A DNA stretch of 64,000 nucleotides from Candidatus Hydrogenedentota bacterium (GCA_963674865.2 CAXXYE010000008.1:352001-416000), one strand, 5' to 3'; counted from the stretch's first letter, positions 30,537 to 41,988 are shown. The notes: generated by a model not told the origin, from the letters alone. Program-made: numbers and translations.

Positions 30537-33500
30537 ATGCAGGAGTCGGTCTTTCTTCCGCGTGCCAACAGTGTCAAAACGAAGGAGGCATCAAGGCGTC
30601 TGTGGGGGCGCTGTGCGACCATTTTGATGGGCTTCATGCTGGTGTGTCACGCCGCGAGTTTTGGTGAAGAGGCCGTGTTCGTTGCCGTCAATGACGACGA
30701 GCCCGGGGCGACCCCGGGGGTGCGGCCATATGAGATGGAGTGGGCGGACCGGAACGCCCCAGCTCATGAGCAACTGGTCGATTTTGAGGATCTGAGCGGT
30801 TGGCGCGTTCGGTGCACTGGCGGGGCGGAGGCGATGGCCTACCGATCCCGCCAAGAGTTGCTTTTCGGTGATTACACGGTCAAGGTCGTGTATACGGGTA
30901 CATCCGAGCGAAGCAGCTTCGTGCTTCAACCACCTGACCCGATTGCGATACCCACCCTCTCCAACGCTGTCAACCTTTGGGTGCGCGGCAACAACTGGAG
31001 GTGGGAGAACCCACCCAGAACCGCGCGGACGGAGGTCTTCGTAATCTTGTCTGACAGCGACGGCGCACTATACCGACTCAACCTGGGTGTGAACGACTTC
31101 GACTACTGGTTTCTCTTCCATAGCCCCCTGACGACCCCCGACGGAAGAACGCCCCTTTACCAAGCCATAGGCAAATCGACTGAAAGTCCTCTGCCCCGGC
31201 CGGTGTTCTTTGAAGGCATCGAGGTCAGCGGTTGCTCGAATGCCGAGCCCGGGGCGCTACACTTCGATGCCTTATCCTTTTACCAAACAGAGCAGTCTCC
31301 TCTGGTGTTTGCGCCATTGTCGGAAGTCCTCGACTGGCCCACCACGCCCGACACCATCCTGCCAACGGTAAAGGACGAGAATGGTCCCGCTCCCGTGTTC
31401 GAATACACACCGTCCGACGGCACGTTGGGCGACCTGACCGTCACGATTGACGGACGGACATTCCAACCGTGTCTCAAAGGAGGCGTTCGCTTCGAAGTAG
31501 ACGGGCGGACGCTCCTAGCAGGACACCCCGAGTTTGCGCCTCGTTTCGTTGGGGAACGCGAGGAAGGGGGCAAGCGGTACTATGACTGGGAACTGACGGC
31601 AGACGGCGTATCGCTCAAGTACACGTTTGGCCTTGAAGTCAAAGGCAAATCCTGCATCATCGATGTTACTGCGGAAGACGGGTATGCCCTCCAGTTGGAC
31701 ATCGGCCTTCAAAAAGGCCTGCCTCGGGCCAAGACCGTGAAGGTGCCCTATCTGACGTATTCCTGGGATGGCTGGCCGAGGGTAGTCTGTGGCGAAGGCG
31801 ACAGCGGTCCGATCTTCTTGCTCGCGTTGATGGACCCCTACAACTCGGATGCTTCGGAACTGTTCGGCCCGGCGGATCTCACCGCGCCGGGAGCCCTCGG
31901 TTACACCGGAGGCGCCCGCTACCGGCCTACGACGGCCGGAGTCCGGAACCCGATGTATGAACGGATCTTCGTGAATGTGAGTTCGGACGTGCAGGAAGTG
32001 CTCCCGAATATCCCTAATCCCAACTGCGACACGGAAGAGATCGCCCGAGAATGCCTCTGCAACAACCTCGGCGACGCGGGCTATCCGTTTCCATACCAGA
32101 TGCTGCGGAAGTACAAGACCTATGGCATTGACAAGTACATTGTCAATCACCATGAGAACTTCTGGCGCCAAGGCGGCGAGAGCTTCACGCTCCGGGCCCG
32201 GCCCGCCCCGGGTATCGGGGCGGAGGCCTTGGGGGAGTATGGCGCGTTTGTCAGAGGGCTCGGCTATCGATTCGGCCTTTACTCGAACTATGCTGACCTG
32301 GCGCCGGTTAATGCCAACTGGGACGAGAACGCCGTCTGCCTGAATCCAGACGGCACGTGGTTACTCGCCTGGCCACGCAACTACGCCCTCAAGCCCTTGC
32401 GTGCCGTGGAATTGGAGGTGAACTACGCCTCCCAGATCCATGGTCGTTACCAGACGACGGCGTCCTGCATTGACGTGCATACCGCACTGACGCCGTGGGA
32501 ACGTACCGACTATGACGCGCGCACTCCCGGCGCCGGCATGTTTCGGACTCAATTCGACGCCTATGCCCGGTTGCTGGTCAATGAGAGCAAGATCCATGGG
32601 GGACCGGCCTTCAGCGAAGGTAACTACCACTGGTTCTACGCGGGGATCTCGGACGGCAACTATGCGACAATCCTGCCTTTTGGTACAGGCCACGAGACGC
32701 CTCCGCTTGTGGACTTTGACTTACTCAAGATGCACACGAAGATGACCGACCTCGGCATGGGCTCCCCCTTCTGCTTCTACGGCTACGAAGGCGAATGGAA
32801 CACAGGGGCTTCGCGGCTGTCGGAGAGCTTCGATCGGTTCATCGTGGCTACTATCGCCTATGGTCACTTGGGATACTTAGCCGAATCCTGGGGCTTCGAC
32901 GGGCTGCTAAAGTGCTACTATCTCCTTCAAGCCTTGCAGCAGCGCTACGTGCTTGTGCCGGTGACGTCGATTGGCTATTTCGACGGTTCCAGGTTGGTGA
33001 ACACGTCCGAGGCCATCGCGACGGATGCGCTCAAACGCGGACAGATACAGACGGTCTATCAGAACGGCCTGACTACCTGGTGCAATCTGAGTGCCGACGA
33101 CACGTGGTCAGTCGAGGTCGCAGGCCAATCGTACTTGCTGCCGCCGGTCGCCTTTGTCGCGTACCGGCCAGGCGAAATACTGGCCTACTCGGCCATCGTC
33201 AACGGCCACCGCCACGATCTTGTGTCCTGCAAAGACTATCTCTATCTAGACTCACGGGAGGGGGCGGTGGACGCGAGTGTGGTCGGCGTAACTGGCGCGG
33301 TCGCGATCAAGCCGGCTGAAAAGGGGACATGGTGGGTTATCCCTGCCGTGGAAGCAGCGGGCATCACGATCAGCCTTGAATGGCTGGGGGTGCACGGTGC
33401 AGACACGTTTACAACTCAAGCTTATGGCGAGAGCGGAAGCGAAATCGGCCGGGCGTCTGTGCGGTGCGAGGGGAATAGCGTAGTCATACCGCGAGCGCGC

Positions 33501-33569
33501 CAGACTGGCGTAGTGAAGTTCCGCCTGTCTTGCGCAGACTCTGACATGAGGTGGGAAAATGAAAACTGA
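30537..33569 (+). CDS. Large secreted hypothetical protein, probable glycoside hydrolase-like
   Basis: About 1000 aa; GYRFGLYSNY, IDVH and FSEG TIM-barrel-like motifs. Start uncertain. Confidence 0.6.
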   Translation: MQESVFLPRANSVKTKEASRRLWGRCATILMGFMLVCHAASFGEEAVFVAVNDDEPGATPGVRPYEMEWADRNAPAHEQLVDFEDLSGWRVRCTGGAEAMAYRSRQELLFGDYTVKVVYTGTSERSSFVLQPPDPIAIPTLSNAVNLWVRGNNWRWENPPRTARTEVFVILSDSDGALYRLNLGVNDFDYWFLFHSPLTTPDGRTPLYQAIGKSTESPLPRPVFFEGIEVSGCSNAEPGALHFDALSFYQTEQSPLVFAPLSEVLDWPTTPDTILPTVKDENGPAPVFEYTPSDGTLGDLTVTIDGRTFQPCLKGGVRFEVDGRTLLAGHPEFAPRFVGEREEGGKRYYDWELTADGVSLKYTFGLEVKGKSCIIDVTAEDGYALQLDIGLQKGLPRAKTVKVPYLTYSWDGWPRVVCGEGDSGPIFLLALMDPYNSDASELFGPADLTAPGALGYTGGARYRPTTAGVRNPMYERIFVNVSSDVQEVLPNIPNPNCDTEEIARECLCNNLGDAGYPFPYQMLRKYKTYGIDKYIVNHHENFWRQGGESFTLRARPAPGIGAEALGEYGAFVRGLGYRFGLYSNYADLAPVNANWDENAVCLNPDGTWLLAWPRNYALKPLRAVELEVNYASQIHGRYQTTASCIDVHTALTPWERTDYDARTPGAGMFRTQFDAYARLLVNESKIHGGPAFSEGNYHWFYAGISDGNYATILPFGTGHETPPLVDFDLLKMHTKMTDLGMGSPFCFYGYEGEWNTGASRLSESFDRFIVATIAYGHLGYLAESWGFDGLLKCYYLLQALQQRYVLVPVTSIGYFDGSRLVNTSEAIATDALKRGQIQTVYQNGLTTWCNLSADDTWSVEVAGQSYLLPPVAFVAYRPGEILAYSAIVNGHRHDLVSCKDYLYLDSREGAVDASVVGVTGAVAIKPAEKGTWWVIPAVEAAGITISLEWLGVHGADTFTTQAYGESGSEIGRASVRCEGNSVVIPRARQTGVVKFRLSCADSDMRWENEN

Positions 33570-35298
33570 TCGATCCGTCGCTTTTCTTGTTCTTGTGGTC
33601 TCGTTAGCATGTTCGCTCGCGGTTCACGCGGAGACTGGGCCACTTTCCGGGAAGAAGCTCATTGAATACGGCTGGGACGTGCCCACGCTTGAATATGTCG
33701 CGGACAACCTCGCGGCGATGGAAGCCCGCCCGTTTGACGGGGTTATCTTCAAACTCTCGGGTGGAAAGAACGTGCTCGAGCCCCAAGCCGATCCCGCGGA
33801 TCGATTCCAGGACGATTTGAATGTCGCTCCCCGTGTTTCTTGGGGCAACTTCACTGACAATTTCGTGCTGATGCTGTCCGCCTCTGACCAGGACTGGTTT
33901 TCGGATGAACATTGGGAGCACATCACCCGCCGCGCCGCGCAGATGGCCCGCGTGGCCCGTCTTGCGCATTGCGTGGGCGTATGTTTTGATCCCGAGCCCT
34001 ACGGGACTTCGCCGTGGAGCTACCTCGAAGCCGTACATAGGGAAAACATGACCTTCGCGGAATACCAAGCCATGGCGCGCCAGCGGGGCGCTCAGTTTAT
34101 CCAGGCCATTGAAAGCGAACTGCCGGCGCTGAAGGTGCTTACCTTCTTCCTGGATAGCGTGTTCCGAGATCTGCTCCTGCCTATGCCCAACGAACTCCGT
34201 CAGGAACGGCTTTCCCGTCACCGCTACGCCTTGCTGGCGCCTTTTCTTGAAGGCATGCTGGAAGCCTCTTCCCCCAACATGAGATTCATCGACGGAAACG
34301 AGAGCGCCTATTACTATACGGAGGCTCAAGCCTATCTTGAGTCGTACCACACGGTCACCCAGCGTGCCCGCTACTTGGTGAAACCCGAGTATTGGCGTCT
34401 CTACCGGGAGAAAGTTCGCATGGGGCAAGCCCTCTATATGGACTACTACTACGACCTGCGGAAGAGCCAAACCTTGGGAGCCTACTTGGCGCCGGAGGAA
34501 CAGACCCAATGGTTTGAGCACAACGCCTATTGGGCGCTATTCACTACGGATACCTACGTGTGGTGCTATAGCGAGGCCATGGATTGGTGGAAGGATGAGA
34601 ACGTCCCTGCCGGGGCCGAACAAGCCTTGTGCAACGCGCGGCTCGCGGTGGACACCGGGAGAACCTTGTCGTTCGACATTGCACCGGCCCTTGCGACCGC
34701 CGGAAACCGGAGAGAAGCGGCCCAAGAGGATGGCATAATGGTGAAGCGAAGCGCATGGATTCCCCGCTTGCCGGAATCGGCCGCGCCACCTCGCGTGGAA
34801 GGCGTCCTCGATGATGCGGTGTGGGACGACGGTGTGGCGCTCGAGCCCTTTGTTCCCCCCGTCAACCATCCCGCGCCTGTTACGGCGCAAACGGAAGTGC
34901 GGTTGCTCTACGATGACCATGGAATCTATGTGGGCGCCCGATGTCTGTATCCCTCGGGAGGTCAAGCTGCTCCCGGGGAACGCCTCCAAGTGTCCTTCAA
35001 ACCCTTGGGATACCGGGATGAATTGTGCTGCGTCGTATTGACGCCGGAAGGGACCGTCTCCATTGAGAAGGCCCCCGCGGAATTCTGCCAGGGGGCCGCG
35101 AGAAGCGGCGCGGAGGCATGGACTGCGGAAGTCTTCCTGTCCTGGGAGGCCTTCCAAATCTCCGGTCTCTCCCCGAGACTGCGGGTTCGCGGCAACGTGG
35201 GACGATGCTACGGCCAGGAAGAAGCGCTCAGCAGTTGGCGGTCCGTTCTGGATGGGTTTGAAGAACCCCTGAGCATGGGGAGTTGGTACTTCCGTTGA
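33559..35298 (+). CDS. Secreted hypothetical protein with a C-terminal CBM9-like domain
   Basis: Signal peptide; KLIEYGWD and FDPEPY motifs; PRVEGVLDDAVW...TEVRLLYDDHGIYVG...WTAEV. Overlaps the upstream stop. Confidence 0.65.
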   Translation: MKTDRSVAFLVLVVSLACSLAVHAETGPLSGKKLIEYGWDVPTLEYVADNLAAMEARPFDGVIFKLSGGKNVLEPQADPADRFQDDLNVAPRVSWGNFTDNFVLMLSASDQDWFSDEHWEHITRRAAQMARVARLAHCVGVCFDPEPYGTSPWSYLEAVHRENMTFAEYQAMARQRGAQFIQAIESELPALKVLTFFLDSVFRDLLLPMPNELRQERLSRHRYALLAPFLEGMLEASSPNMRFIDGNESAYYYTEAQAYLESYHTVTQRARYLVKPEYWRLYREKVRMGQALYMDYYYDLRKSQTLGAYLAPEEQTQWFEHNAYWALFTTDTYVWCYSEAMDWWKDENVPAGAEQALCNARLAVDTGRTLSFDIAPALATAGNRREAAQEDGIMVKRSAWIPRLPESAAPPRVEGVLDDAVWDDGVALEPFVPPVNHPAPVTAQTEVRLLYDDHGIYVGARCLYPSGGQAAPGERLQVSFKPLGYRDELCCVVLTPEGTVSIEKAPAEFCQGAARSGAEAWTAEVFLSWEAFQISGLSPRLRVRGNVGRCYGQEEALSSWRSVLDGFEEPLSMGSWYFR

Positions 35299-35554
35299 TG
35301 CGCCAATCATGCTCTTGGATGGGGGCAGTGCTGCCAAATGACGAATGCCTTGGGCGGCCAGAAAACGAAGACGGCGAAGCGCGGGTCCGAAAGCAGAGGG
35401 GTTCAGTCTACGGGAGGCACGCTCGCTCCCGCTACCTTAGAATGACTTCCTGTCTGCGGACTTCTCGTTGGCCAGGATTTCCCCGCTGTTCAGCTTCCCG
35501 TTCATCGCGTCCATTCGAAACGGCGCGCTGGCATCGTAGTGGTCCTTGTTGGTG

Positions 35555-36514
35555 TCAAGACCCGCGTAGAGAATCCCGGGGCTGGAAATCAGACGCGTAA
35601 TGCTCCGCAAGCGCTTCCTTGCTGCCCTTGAACCAGTAGATCTTCCCCCGGAAAGCCCGTTTGGAGAAGGGCGGGATATTGCCGATATTGACGACGGCAT
35701 GCAGACAGTCTGCCGGATGATGATCGGTCACGTGCGAGGTACGTTCCCAGCAGATCCCGCACACCCACTGGCCCTTCTCATCCGTCCGCGCTATCAGCGG
35801 GCAGTCAATCGGTTCCAGCATCTTAGCGTCGTAAGGTCCGACCCGTTCCTGCAGCGTTCCATTTGTGCGCGAGAGATCGACGGCCAGACCGGAGGGTGTT
35901 CTCGCGCCCACCGCATCTTTGCCGGCAGGGAGGCTCTGCCACACGCCATCGCGAAGGACATGCGTGAGGCTAGTCCGTGGCGTCCCTTCTTTCTCCCACA
36001 AGTCATATTCGCTGAACGCGGGCGTGCAGGCGACCTCCTTGCGCCAACCGATGTTGCCCTCCCCACTCATGCGAAAGCACTGCTGCACGCCGTAGTAGGC
36101 CGGCAAACCCTCGCCAAAGGTCTCGACAACGAGACATATTTCGACGCCGTCTTCCACGGGCTTCATGTAGAAGCGCCAGCTCTGCTTGCTCCAGTGGGCA
36201 TCCTTCTCGATGATCTGCTCATAGGTGAAAATGTCAGGAGTGCTTGCGTACTCCTCCTCCAATCTCTCCGTCTGTTCCGGATCGAATCCAGCCTCCTGCG
36301 CGCTGAGTGGCACATCGCCGAAGATCATGGGCGTATGTTCAAAGAACCGATAGCCAATGTGGTTTCCGGCATGCTCGCCATTGCGTATGGTCGCGAAGCC
36401 TTCTCGGACTTTGACCATCTCAATTTCGATTGGGGATTCCTGGGCAAGGGCTGTGCCGAAAGGCATACACCCAACTAACAGGTAGGACAGCACCATCTCG
36501 CGTCTTGGCCTCAT
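35555..36514 (-). CDS. Secreted hypothetical protein
   Basis: 319 aa; signal peptide ending ALA; GGAG RBS. Confidence 0.6.
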   Translation of the reverse strand: MRPRREMVLSYLLVGCMPFGTALAQESPIEIEMVKVREGFATIRNGEHAGNHIGYRFFEHTPMIFGDVPLSAQEAGFDPEQTERLEEEYASTPDIFTYEQIIEKDAHWSKQSWRFYMKPVEDGVEICLVVETFGEGLPAYYGVQQCFRMSGEGNIGWRKEVACTPAFSEYDLWEKEGTPRTSLTHVLRDGVWQSLPAGKDAVGARTPSGLAVDLSRTNGTLQERVGPYDAKMLEPIDCPLIARTDEKGQWVCGICWERTSHVTDHHPADCLHAVVNIGNIPPFSKRAFRGKIYWFKGSKEALAEHYASDFQPRDSLRGS

Positions 36515-37024
36515 AGCTATTCTCCGGTCTTGCTTCAGACTGTACCGGCTTGAATTCGCGGCCGCTGGGGTACGGCTAATCCAGCGGCTCGAACATTGTG
36601 GCTTCGGAAGTGGATTATAGTACCATCAAGATCTTTGTTCGCAAGAATTCTCGAGTTTGCGGCTATCCGACAATCATCAAGACACCGGTTGATTGGAGCT
36701 TAGCATTCCATTGACTGATGGTAATCTTGTGCGAATTCATACGGCGTCGCGATGGCAGGACTTGTTGATGCCGCCCAGATGCTGTTCTGTAGTGAACGTG
36801 CCCACCCTATGCGCGTTGGCAAGCGTTAACACGCCTCTACCCAACGACGAGGAAGGAGGTGACATTGCGCCCTTGTTCGCAGAAGGCAAGGGTTCCGTGA
36901 AGCACCCAAACAAGGCCTTTGTCTTCTATTTCACACACTCGCATCGGACGAGCTAAGGAGATAGTCAGTAGGCTCCAAGCCTAAGAGAGTCGAGACAAGA
37001 AGGGTGCCGCGCAGCGCCTCCCTT

Positions 37025-37405
37025 TCAGGATTCGACCATAGCGAAGAATCGCCGCACCTGGGCCGAATGTGAACGCAACTGTGCGAGCCCGCGCAGGCGG
37101 CGCTCCGAGAGGGCACGTACAGATCTCCTGTCCTTTAGCTGCAGGAGGTGTTCCTGAATCTCTGGCGCGAGGTCGAGAAGATTCATGATTTGGGTGACCC
37201 GAGCGCGGCTTAGTCCGTAGCGTTTGGCGAGCTCACTTCGGTTGTTAACCAGTTCTCGCTCGAGCATTTTCTGAAACTCAAGAGCGAGATGAATCGGATG
37301 AAGCGCCGGCTCATTCTCGTCCCGTAAGTCACTTTCCTTCGGCGGCTTAGCCAGGAACACCAAATAGCTCGACCAGTTCTCACATATGGCCGGAACGGGG
37401 AGCCA
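37025..37405 (-). CDS. HTH ORF resembling ParB-like/serine-recombinase C-terminal domain (copy 1); true start unclear
   Basis: HPIHLALEFQKML...SELAKRYGLSRARVTQIMNLLDLAPEIQE...LSERRLR. Frame open through the WLPV att-like site. Confidence 0.6.
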   Translation of the reverse strand, partial: WLPVPAICENWSSYLVFLAKPPKESDLRDENEPALHPIHLALEFQKMLERELVNNRSELAKRYGLSRARVTQIMNLLDLAPEIQEHLLQLKDRRSVRALSERRLRGLAQLRSHSAQVRRFFAMVES

Positions 37406-37823
37406 GACACAGCACTCCAGCGAAACCGCCGCTGTGGCCAACGCCGGAGTCTTCGGATACGCGCCCTGCATGGCTCAGACGGTCATGCAGGGCAGCTTCT
37501 TCTCTGTTCGGCCTATCTTTGCGTTCATTCCGTCTCCCTTAACATCCTACCCGCAAAGCGGTAGGCAATAGGTCCGCGTTTCAAGGGGACGGCGAAAGGC
37601 TTCTGCGGCATTCCCGGTCAGGCGGTATCCACCTGAGCTTGAGGCAAGATGTCCGTTTGTACGAATCGATTAGCAGACTCTCGACGGCGTGACCGACCAA
37701 TGTTCGTATGTGCAATGCACGTATCCTTGGTGTCAGTCAGGATAGCCCTGCGGGAGAAGGCGTTACGAAACTGTTGACGGATCAGGGGTGAAAATCTAAG
37801 TCTACATTAAGTCCGTGGATTAG

Positions 37824-38346
37824 GTGCGGCTGCAGTTGTTCACCTTGGCATACAACCTGGGCAACTTCCTTCGGAGATTGGCGCTACCTCGGAGTGTAAA
37901 GCACTGGTCGCTCACGACATTGAGGGAGAAGCTGATTAAGATCGGTGCCAAGGTGGTGACCCACGCACGCTACGTCACGTTTCAGATGGCCGAGGTGGCT
38001 ATCCCCAGGCGCTTGTTCGCAGCGATGCTTCATCGCCTCAGCAGACCGGGGCTGACGCTGCCAGTGTTGACGTGACCTTCGCGGTGTTCGCAGGAATGGA
38101 AATGACGCAGAACCCAGTGGAGAAGTCCGCCACAATTCGCACGAACAGCCCTGCCGGTCGTTCCCGGTGGCTATTATTGGGCCGTGAACGACTTCGAAGA
38201 GCCACCATAGCTGCAGAATTGGCACCCGTTGCGTCAAGCGAAAGAGTATCCCAAATGGTGGCATTGACGGCATCGGCAACAAGGAGTACATTGGCAGAAG
38301 ATGAGCCTGGGGTGGTCCCAGGCGTTTCCATATGGGAAATCTCGGG
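37824..38346 (+). mobile_element. IS1380-family remnant (transposase C-terminus 37824-38075 plus probable right end)
   Basis: VRLQLFTLAYNLGNFLRRLALP...WSLTTLREKLIKIGAKVVTHARY; candidate terminal sequence ATATGGGAAATCTCGGG near 38330-38346. Confidence 0.8.
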
Positions 38347-38410
38347 TTACTTTGGGCTTGTGGCCCTTGTTGGTTTCATAACCCTCAGCAATGAACCGGA
38401 GTCTATCACC

Positions 38411-40555
38411 ATGTCAGTTGCCCGTTCTCGTCTTCCGCATACCCACCCCAACCGGAAGCGGCGCGTAGTCGCGGCGTTGCTGGCGCTCACGCTCTTGCCC
38501 CTTGCTGCGTTCGCCGTCGACCCCCTGCCGTTACCCGAGGAATTCGACCCCGAGGCGAACCTGATGGGGGAGGCGTGGCACGGCCGGTCGTACCATTCCG
38601 TGCGCCATTCGGCGCGGTTGGCGGAGGAACTGGTGGCGAACGGCGCGCCCGAGGACATCGCCGTGGCGGAGCGGATCCTCGACGTTGTCCTGGCGTGTCA
38701 GAGCCGCAACCCCGAGGACGCGCATTATGGCAATTATCTGTGGATGCTCGAAAGCCCCATCGTGCAGGATCTCAACGCGGTGGCCTTCACCCAACGCTAT
38801 CTGATTCCGCTGGCGATTCGCCATCGCGACCGCTTATCGACCGATACCCGCGAGCGGCTGTTAGAGAGCATCCGACTGGGCACGCAGGCGATCCGGCGGA
38901 TGGACGTGGCGGTGACGTATACGAACGTCGCGGCGATGCACATCCTGAGCGCGTGTTTGGGCGGGGAAGTACTTGGCGACGCGGACATGGCGGCGTACGG
39001 ATACGACAAGATGGCGCGGTTCGCGGCCCAGTTCGCCGAAAACGGCACGGTTTATGAGTTCAACAGCCCCGGCTACGTGCGCGTTACGACGGATGCCCTC
39101 GACCGCCTGGCCGATCTGGTCGAACACGAGCCGACCCGGGTTCGGGCGCGGGCGATGCTCGCACGAATCGGGCTGAGCACGGCGCTGCGGATTCACCGGC
39201 CCTCGGGGTACCTTACCGGACCGAACAGCCGGTCGAAATACAGCTTCACCGTGTGCGACGGCGACCCGGAGATCGGCTTTGTACGGGAATGGATCGCCGA
39301 GGGCGTGGTGCCGGTCTGGATTGAGGCGGTGCTCGTCCACGACTTCGCGCCGGGGCAGATCGACGAGACGGCCAGCGCGCGTTGGCGCCTCGGGACCGCG
39401 GCCTACGTGTCCGACAGCTTCGTGATGGGTCTTGCCACCCGCGAGATCAGCCGGCAAACCAATGTGTTCACGGCGCATTGCCGCGTGCCTGGCGAGGAAC
39501 GCCCGGCCGCCCTGCTTTCCCGCTACCTGATCGACGATACGTGGTTCGGCGATCCCATGCAGGCCGCCGACCGCGGTAATCGGCCGGGCCTGAGCGACGC
39601 GGGCAAGTTTCTGGGCGTGCAGAGTGGCCCGCGCGTCATCGGCCTGTATGCGCCGCGCACGCTCCAGCATCCGGACAGCCTGTCGCCCGCGAGCCAGAAC
39701 CGATTCCGGAGCGCCAAGGCGGTCCTGGTCTGGAGTCCGCACCGCGCCATCGACGGCGTTTGGATCGACGAGGAACCCGCGGAGATCTTTCCCGCCGATG
39801 TCCCCCCGGGCAGTGTCGTCGTCGTGGCGATGGGCGATGCCCTGACCGCCATCCAGCCACTCACCATCAGCGATTTGGGCTACGGCGCGCCGGTTCGCCT
39901 GAATCAAGTTGGGGACGAGTTGGTTCTCGAAATGTACAACTACCTGGGGCCCGAAAAGGTGTTCTGGAACATGGAACCGGTCAGCCGGTTCTACCAAGGC
40001 GAAGTGCAATGCGGATTCTACGCGGAGCTGGCCGAACGATCGGATTATCCAGACGGTGCGGCCTTCGCCAAGGCCGTCGCGTCCGGCACGGTTACCGACA
40101 CCGTCGACGCAGCCTTTACCACCTACCTGGATCTGGTCGACGGGAAACGGGTGTGGTCCGTTGAGTACGTCCGTGACGGCGAAGCCCTCGGCATCGAGAT
40201 CGATCTCATGCACTGGGATCTCCTGAAGCGCTGGACCCATGAAGAGGAACTCGGTTGGCCCATGCTCGAATCGCCCGTGGCCCGGCAGAACGCCACCGGC
40301 CGGGTAACCGTGGGCAACGCTACGCTCCGATGCGGCAAACACCCCGCCTGGCTCTATGCCAATCCCGAGGCCCGCCTGTGGGTCGCCGGGTACTCCGGCG
40401 ACGCCAAGCCCCTGAAGCTCGAACTGCCCGAGGGCTCCGTCCGCGTCAAGGCCATGGGTACCGGCACGGTCGTGTGGGACAAGGGAATCGTACACATCGA
40501 CGCCGTCGGCCTCCGCGGTCCCGTCAAGGTAAAGGGCGGCACGCTGGCTGAGTAG
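38411..40555 (+). CDS. Secreted hypothetical protein (helical toroid plus beta domain, lyase/heparinase-like architecture)
   Basis: Signal peptide ending AFA; YTN and EFNSPGY motifs. Start placed downstream of the IS end. Confidence 0.55.
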   Translation: MSVARSRLPHTHPNRKRRVVAALLALTLLPLAAFAVDPLPLPEEFDPEANLMGEAWHGRSYHSVRHSARLAEELVANGAPEDIAVAERILDVVLACQSRNPEDAHYGNYLWMLESPIVQDLNAVAFTQRYLIPLAIRHRDRLSTDTRERLLESIRLGTQAIRRMDVAVTYTNVAAMHILSACLGGEVLGDADMAAYGYDKMARFAAQFAENGTVYEFNSPGYVRVTTDALDRLADLVEHEPTRVRARAMLARIGLSTALRIHRPSGYLTGPNSRSKYSFTVCDGDPEIGFVREWIAEGVVPVWIEAVLVHDFAPGQIDETASARWRLGTAAYVSDSFVMGLATREISRQTNVFTAHCRVPGEERPAALLSRYLIDDTWFGDPMQAADRGNRPGLSDAGKFLGVQSGPRVIGLYAPRTLQHPDSLSPASQNRFRSAKAVLVWSPHRAIDGVWIDEEPAEIFPADVPPGSVVVVAMGDALTAIQPLTISDLGYGAPVRLNQVGDELVLEMYNYLGPEKVFWNMEPVSRFYQGEVQCGFYAELAERSDYPDGAAFAKAVASGTVTDTVDAAFTTYLDLVDGKRVWSVEYVRDGEALGIEIDLMHWDLLKRWTHEEELGWPMLESPVARQNATGRVTVGNATLRCGKHPAWLYANPEARLWVAGYSGDAKPLKLELPEGSVRVKAMGTGTVVWDKGIVHIDAVGLRGPVKVKGGTLAE

Positions 40556-40701
40556 ACCGGCGCCAAACAGAATGCCGGCTACGCGACGGTTCCAGCGCCT
40601 CTCGCTCTCGTGATACGTTGCCATCACGCACGTTCGGCCCGTACACTGGGGAGAATCGACGAGGGAGGAGCGCGTTATGGTGTGGAAGGAGAAAGAAGCA
40701 G

Positions 40702-41988
40702 ATGACGCATCTAGATGCTGACGTGATTGTAGTGGGAGGAGGGAGCGCTGGGACCTCCGCTGCCGTGGCCGCTGGACGTGCTGGCGCATCTGTTATGCTC
40801 ATTGAGGCGGGCAACTGCCTAGGCGGGACCTCCACCGCCGGACTGGTTGCTACATGGTACGCATCGATGGACGGTCTGGGGAGCGTGTACGACGATTTCG
40901 TGGCGATGTTGGATCAGTTCGGCGCGCGGGAAGACAGCTCGTTCGGCTACGGGGGGATGTTCAATGCGGAGACGGGTAAGCTCGTATGGCAGCTGCTGGC
41001 GGAGAATGCCGGTGCCCGGGTGCTATTTCACTCGACACCGTGTGCGGCAGATGTGTCTAGAGGCCGAGTGCAAGGCCTCCACGTGTTCTCACGGGCTGAG
41101 ACATACCGGGTGTCGGGGCGGTTCGTCATCGACGCCACAGGGGAGGGCGATTTCTGCGCACTGGCCGGCGCGCAGTTCGCCAAAGGCGATCCTGACGAGG
41201 GCCGCACACTCCACATGAGCCTCGTGGCGACGCTCTTCGACACAGGGAAGCCAGTGACACCCTATCTACCACCGGATCTGGAACCAATTGAGACGGAGAA
41301 GGATCTGCCGGGGCTGAGCGGCCCACACCCCATGGCCGACGGGCGGTTCTACCTGAACATGACCAAAGTCATGGGGCACGACCCCACCGATCCGTTAAGC
41401 CTCTCCGCGGCGGAGCTCGAAGCGCGGAGACAGCTGGCGCGTGTCGTGCACTATCTCCAGCGGACGAAGTGCCCGCGGCACATGCTTGGCTCAACGGGCT
41501 CGCGCATCGGCATCCGCGAGGGCCGCCGCGTGCTCGGGGACTATGTCCTCACCGAAGACGACGTGCTGGGCGATGGAACGACATTTGACGACGGGATTGC
41601 GGTAGCCACGTGCCAGATCGACTTCCACAGTCTAACGAGACCGGGTATGGTGGGCTGGCGCAAACGCGTGAAACCGTACGGGATTCCGTTCCGATCGTTG
41701 GTGGTGAGTGGCTTCGATAACGTGCTGGTAGCGGGTAAGTGTATCAGCGGCGATCAGGTGGCGCAGAGCAGCTACCGGATGACACCCACGTGCGTGGGGA
41801 TGGGACAGGCCGCCGGGACGGCGGCGGCGATGGCGGCCGCGCGGAAACTTGGCAGCATCAAGGATCTGCCCGTGGGCGAGTTGCGCCGCACACTGACGGA
41901 CGCCGGGGTGGAACTTGACCCAGCGAAGCATAAGGCGTTCCCGCCCACTGCAGAGAGCGAAACACCTGACCGCGAAGGCGCGCGGTGA
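40702..41988 (+). CDS. FAD-dependent oxidoreductase
   Basis: DVIVVGGGSAG, IDATGEGD, GIREGRR, YGIPFRSL and GMGQAAG motifs; AAGGAG RBS. Confidence 0.9.
   Translation: MTHLDADVIVVGGGSAGTSAAVAAGRAGASVMLIEAGNCLGGTSTAGLVATWYASMDGLGSVYDDFVAMLDQFGAREDSSFGYGGMFNAETGKLVWQLLAENAGARVLFHSTPCAADVSRGRVQGLHVFSRAETYRVSGRFVIDATGEGDFCALAGAQFAKGDPDEGRTLHMSLVATLFDTGKPVTPYLPPDLEPIETEKDLPGLSGPHPMADGRFYLNMTKVMGHDPTDPLSLSAAELEARRQLARVVHYLQRTKCPRHMLGSTGSRIGIREGRRVLGDYVLTEDDVLGDGTTFDDGIAVATCQIDFHSLTRPGMVGWRKRVKPYGIPFRSLVVSGFDNVLVAGKCISGDQVAQSSYRMTPTCVGMGQAAGTAAAMAAARKLGSIKDLPVGELRRTLTDAGVELDPAKHKAFPPTAESETPDREGAR

Noticed and set aside
38072..38410. N-terminal extension of the 827-aa ORF
   Set aside because: It overlaps the IS1380 remnant end; the signal peptide follows ATG 38411.
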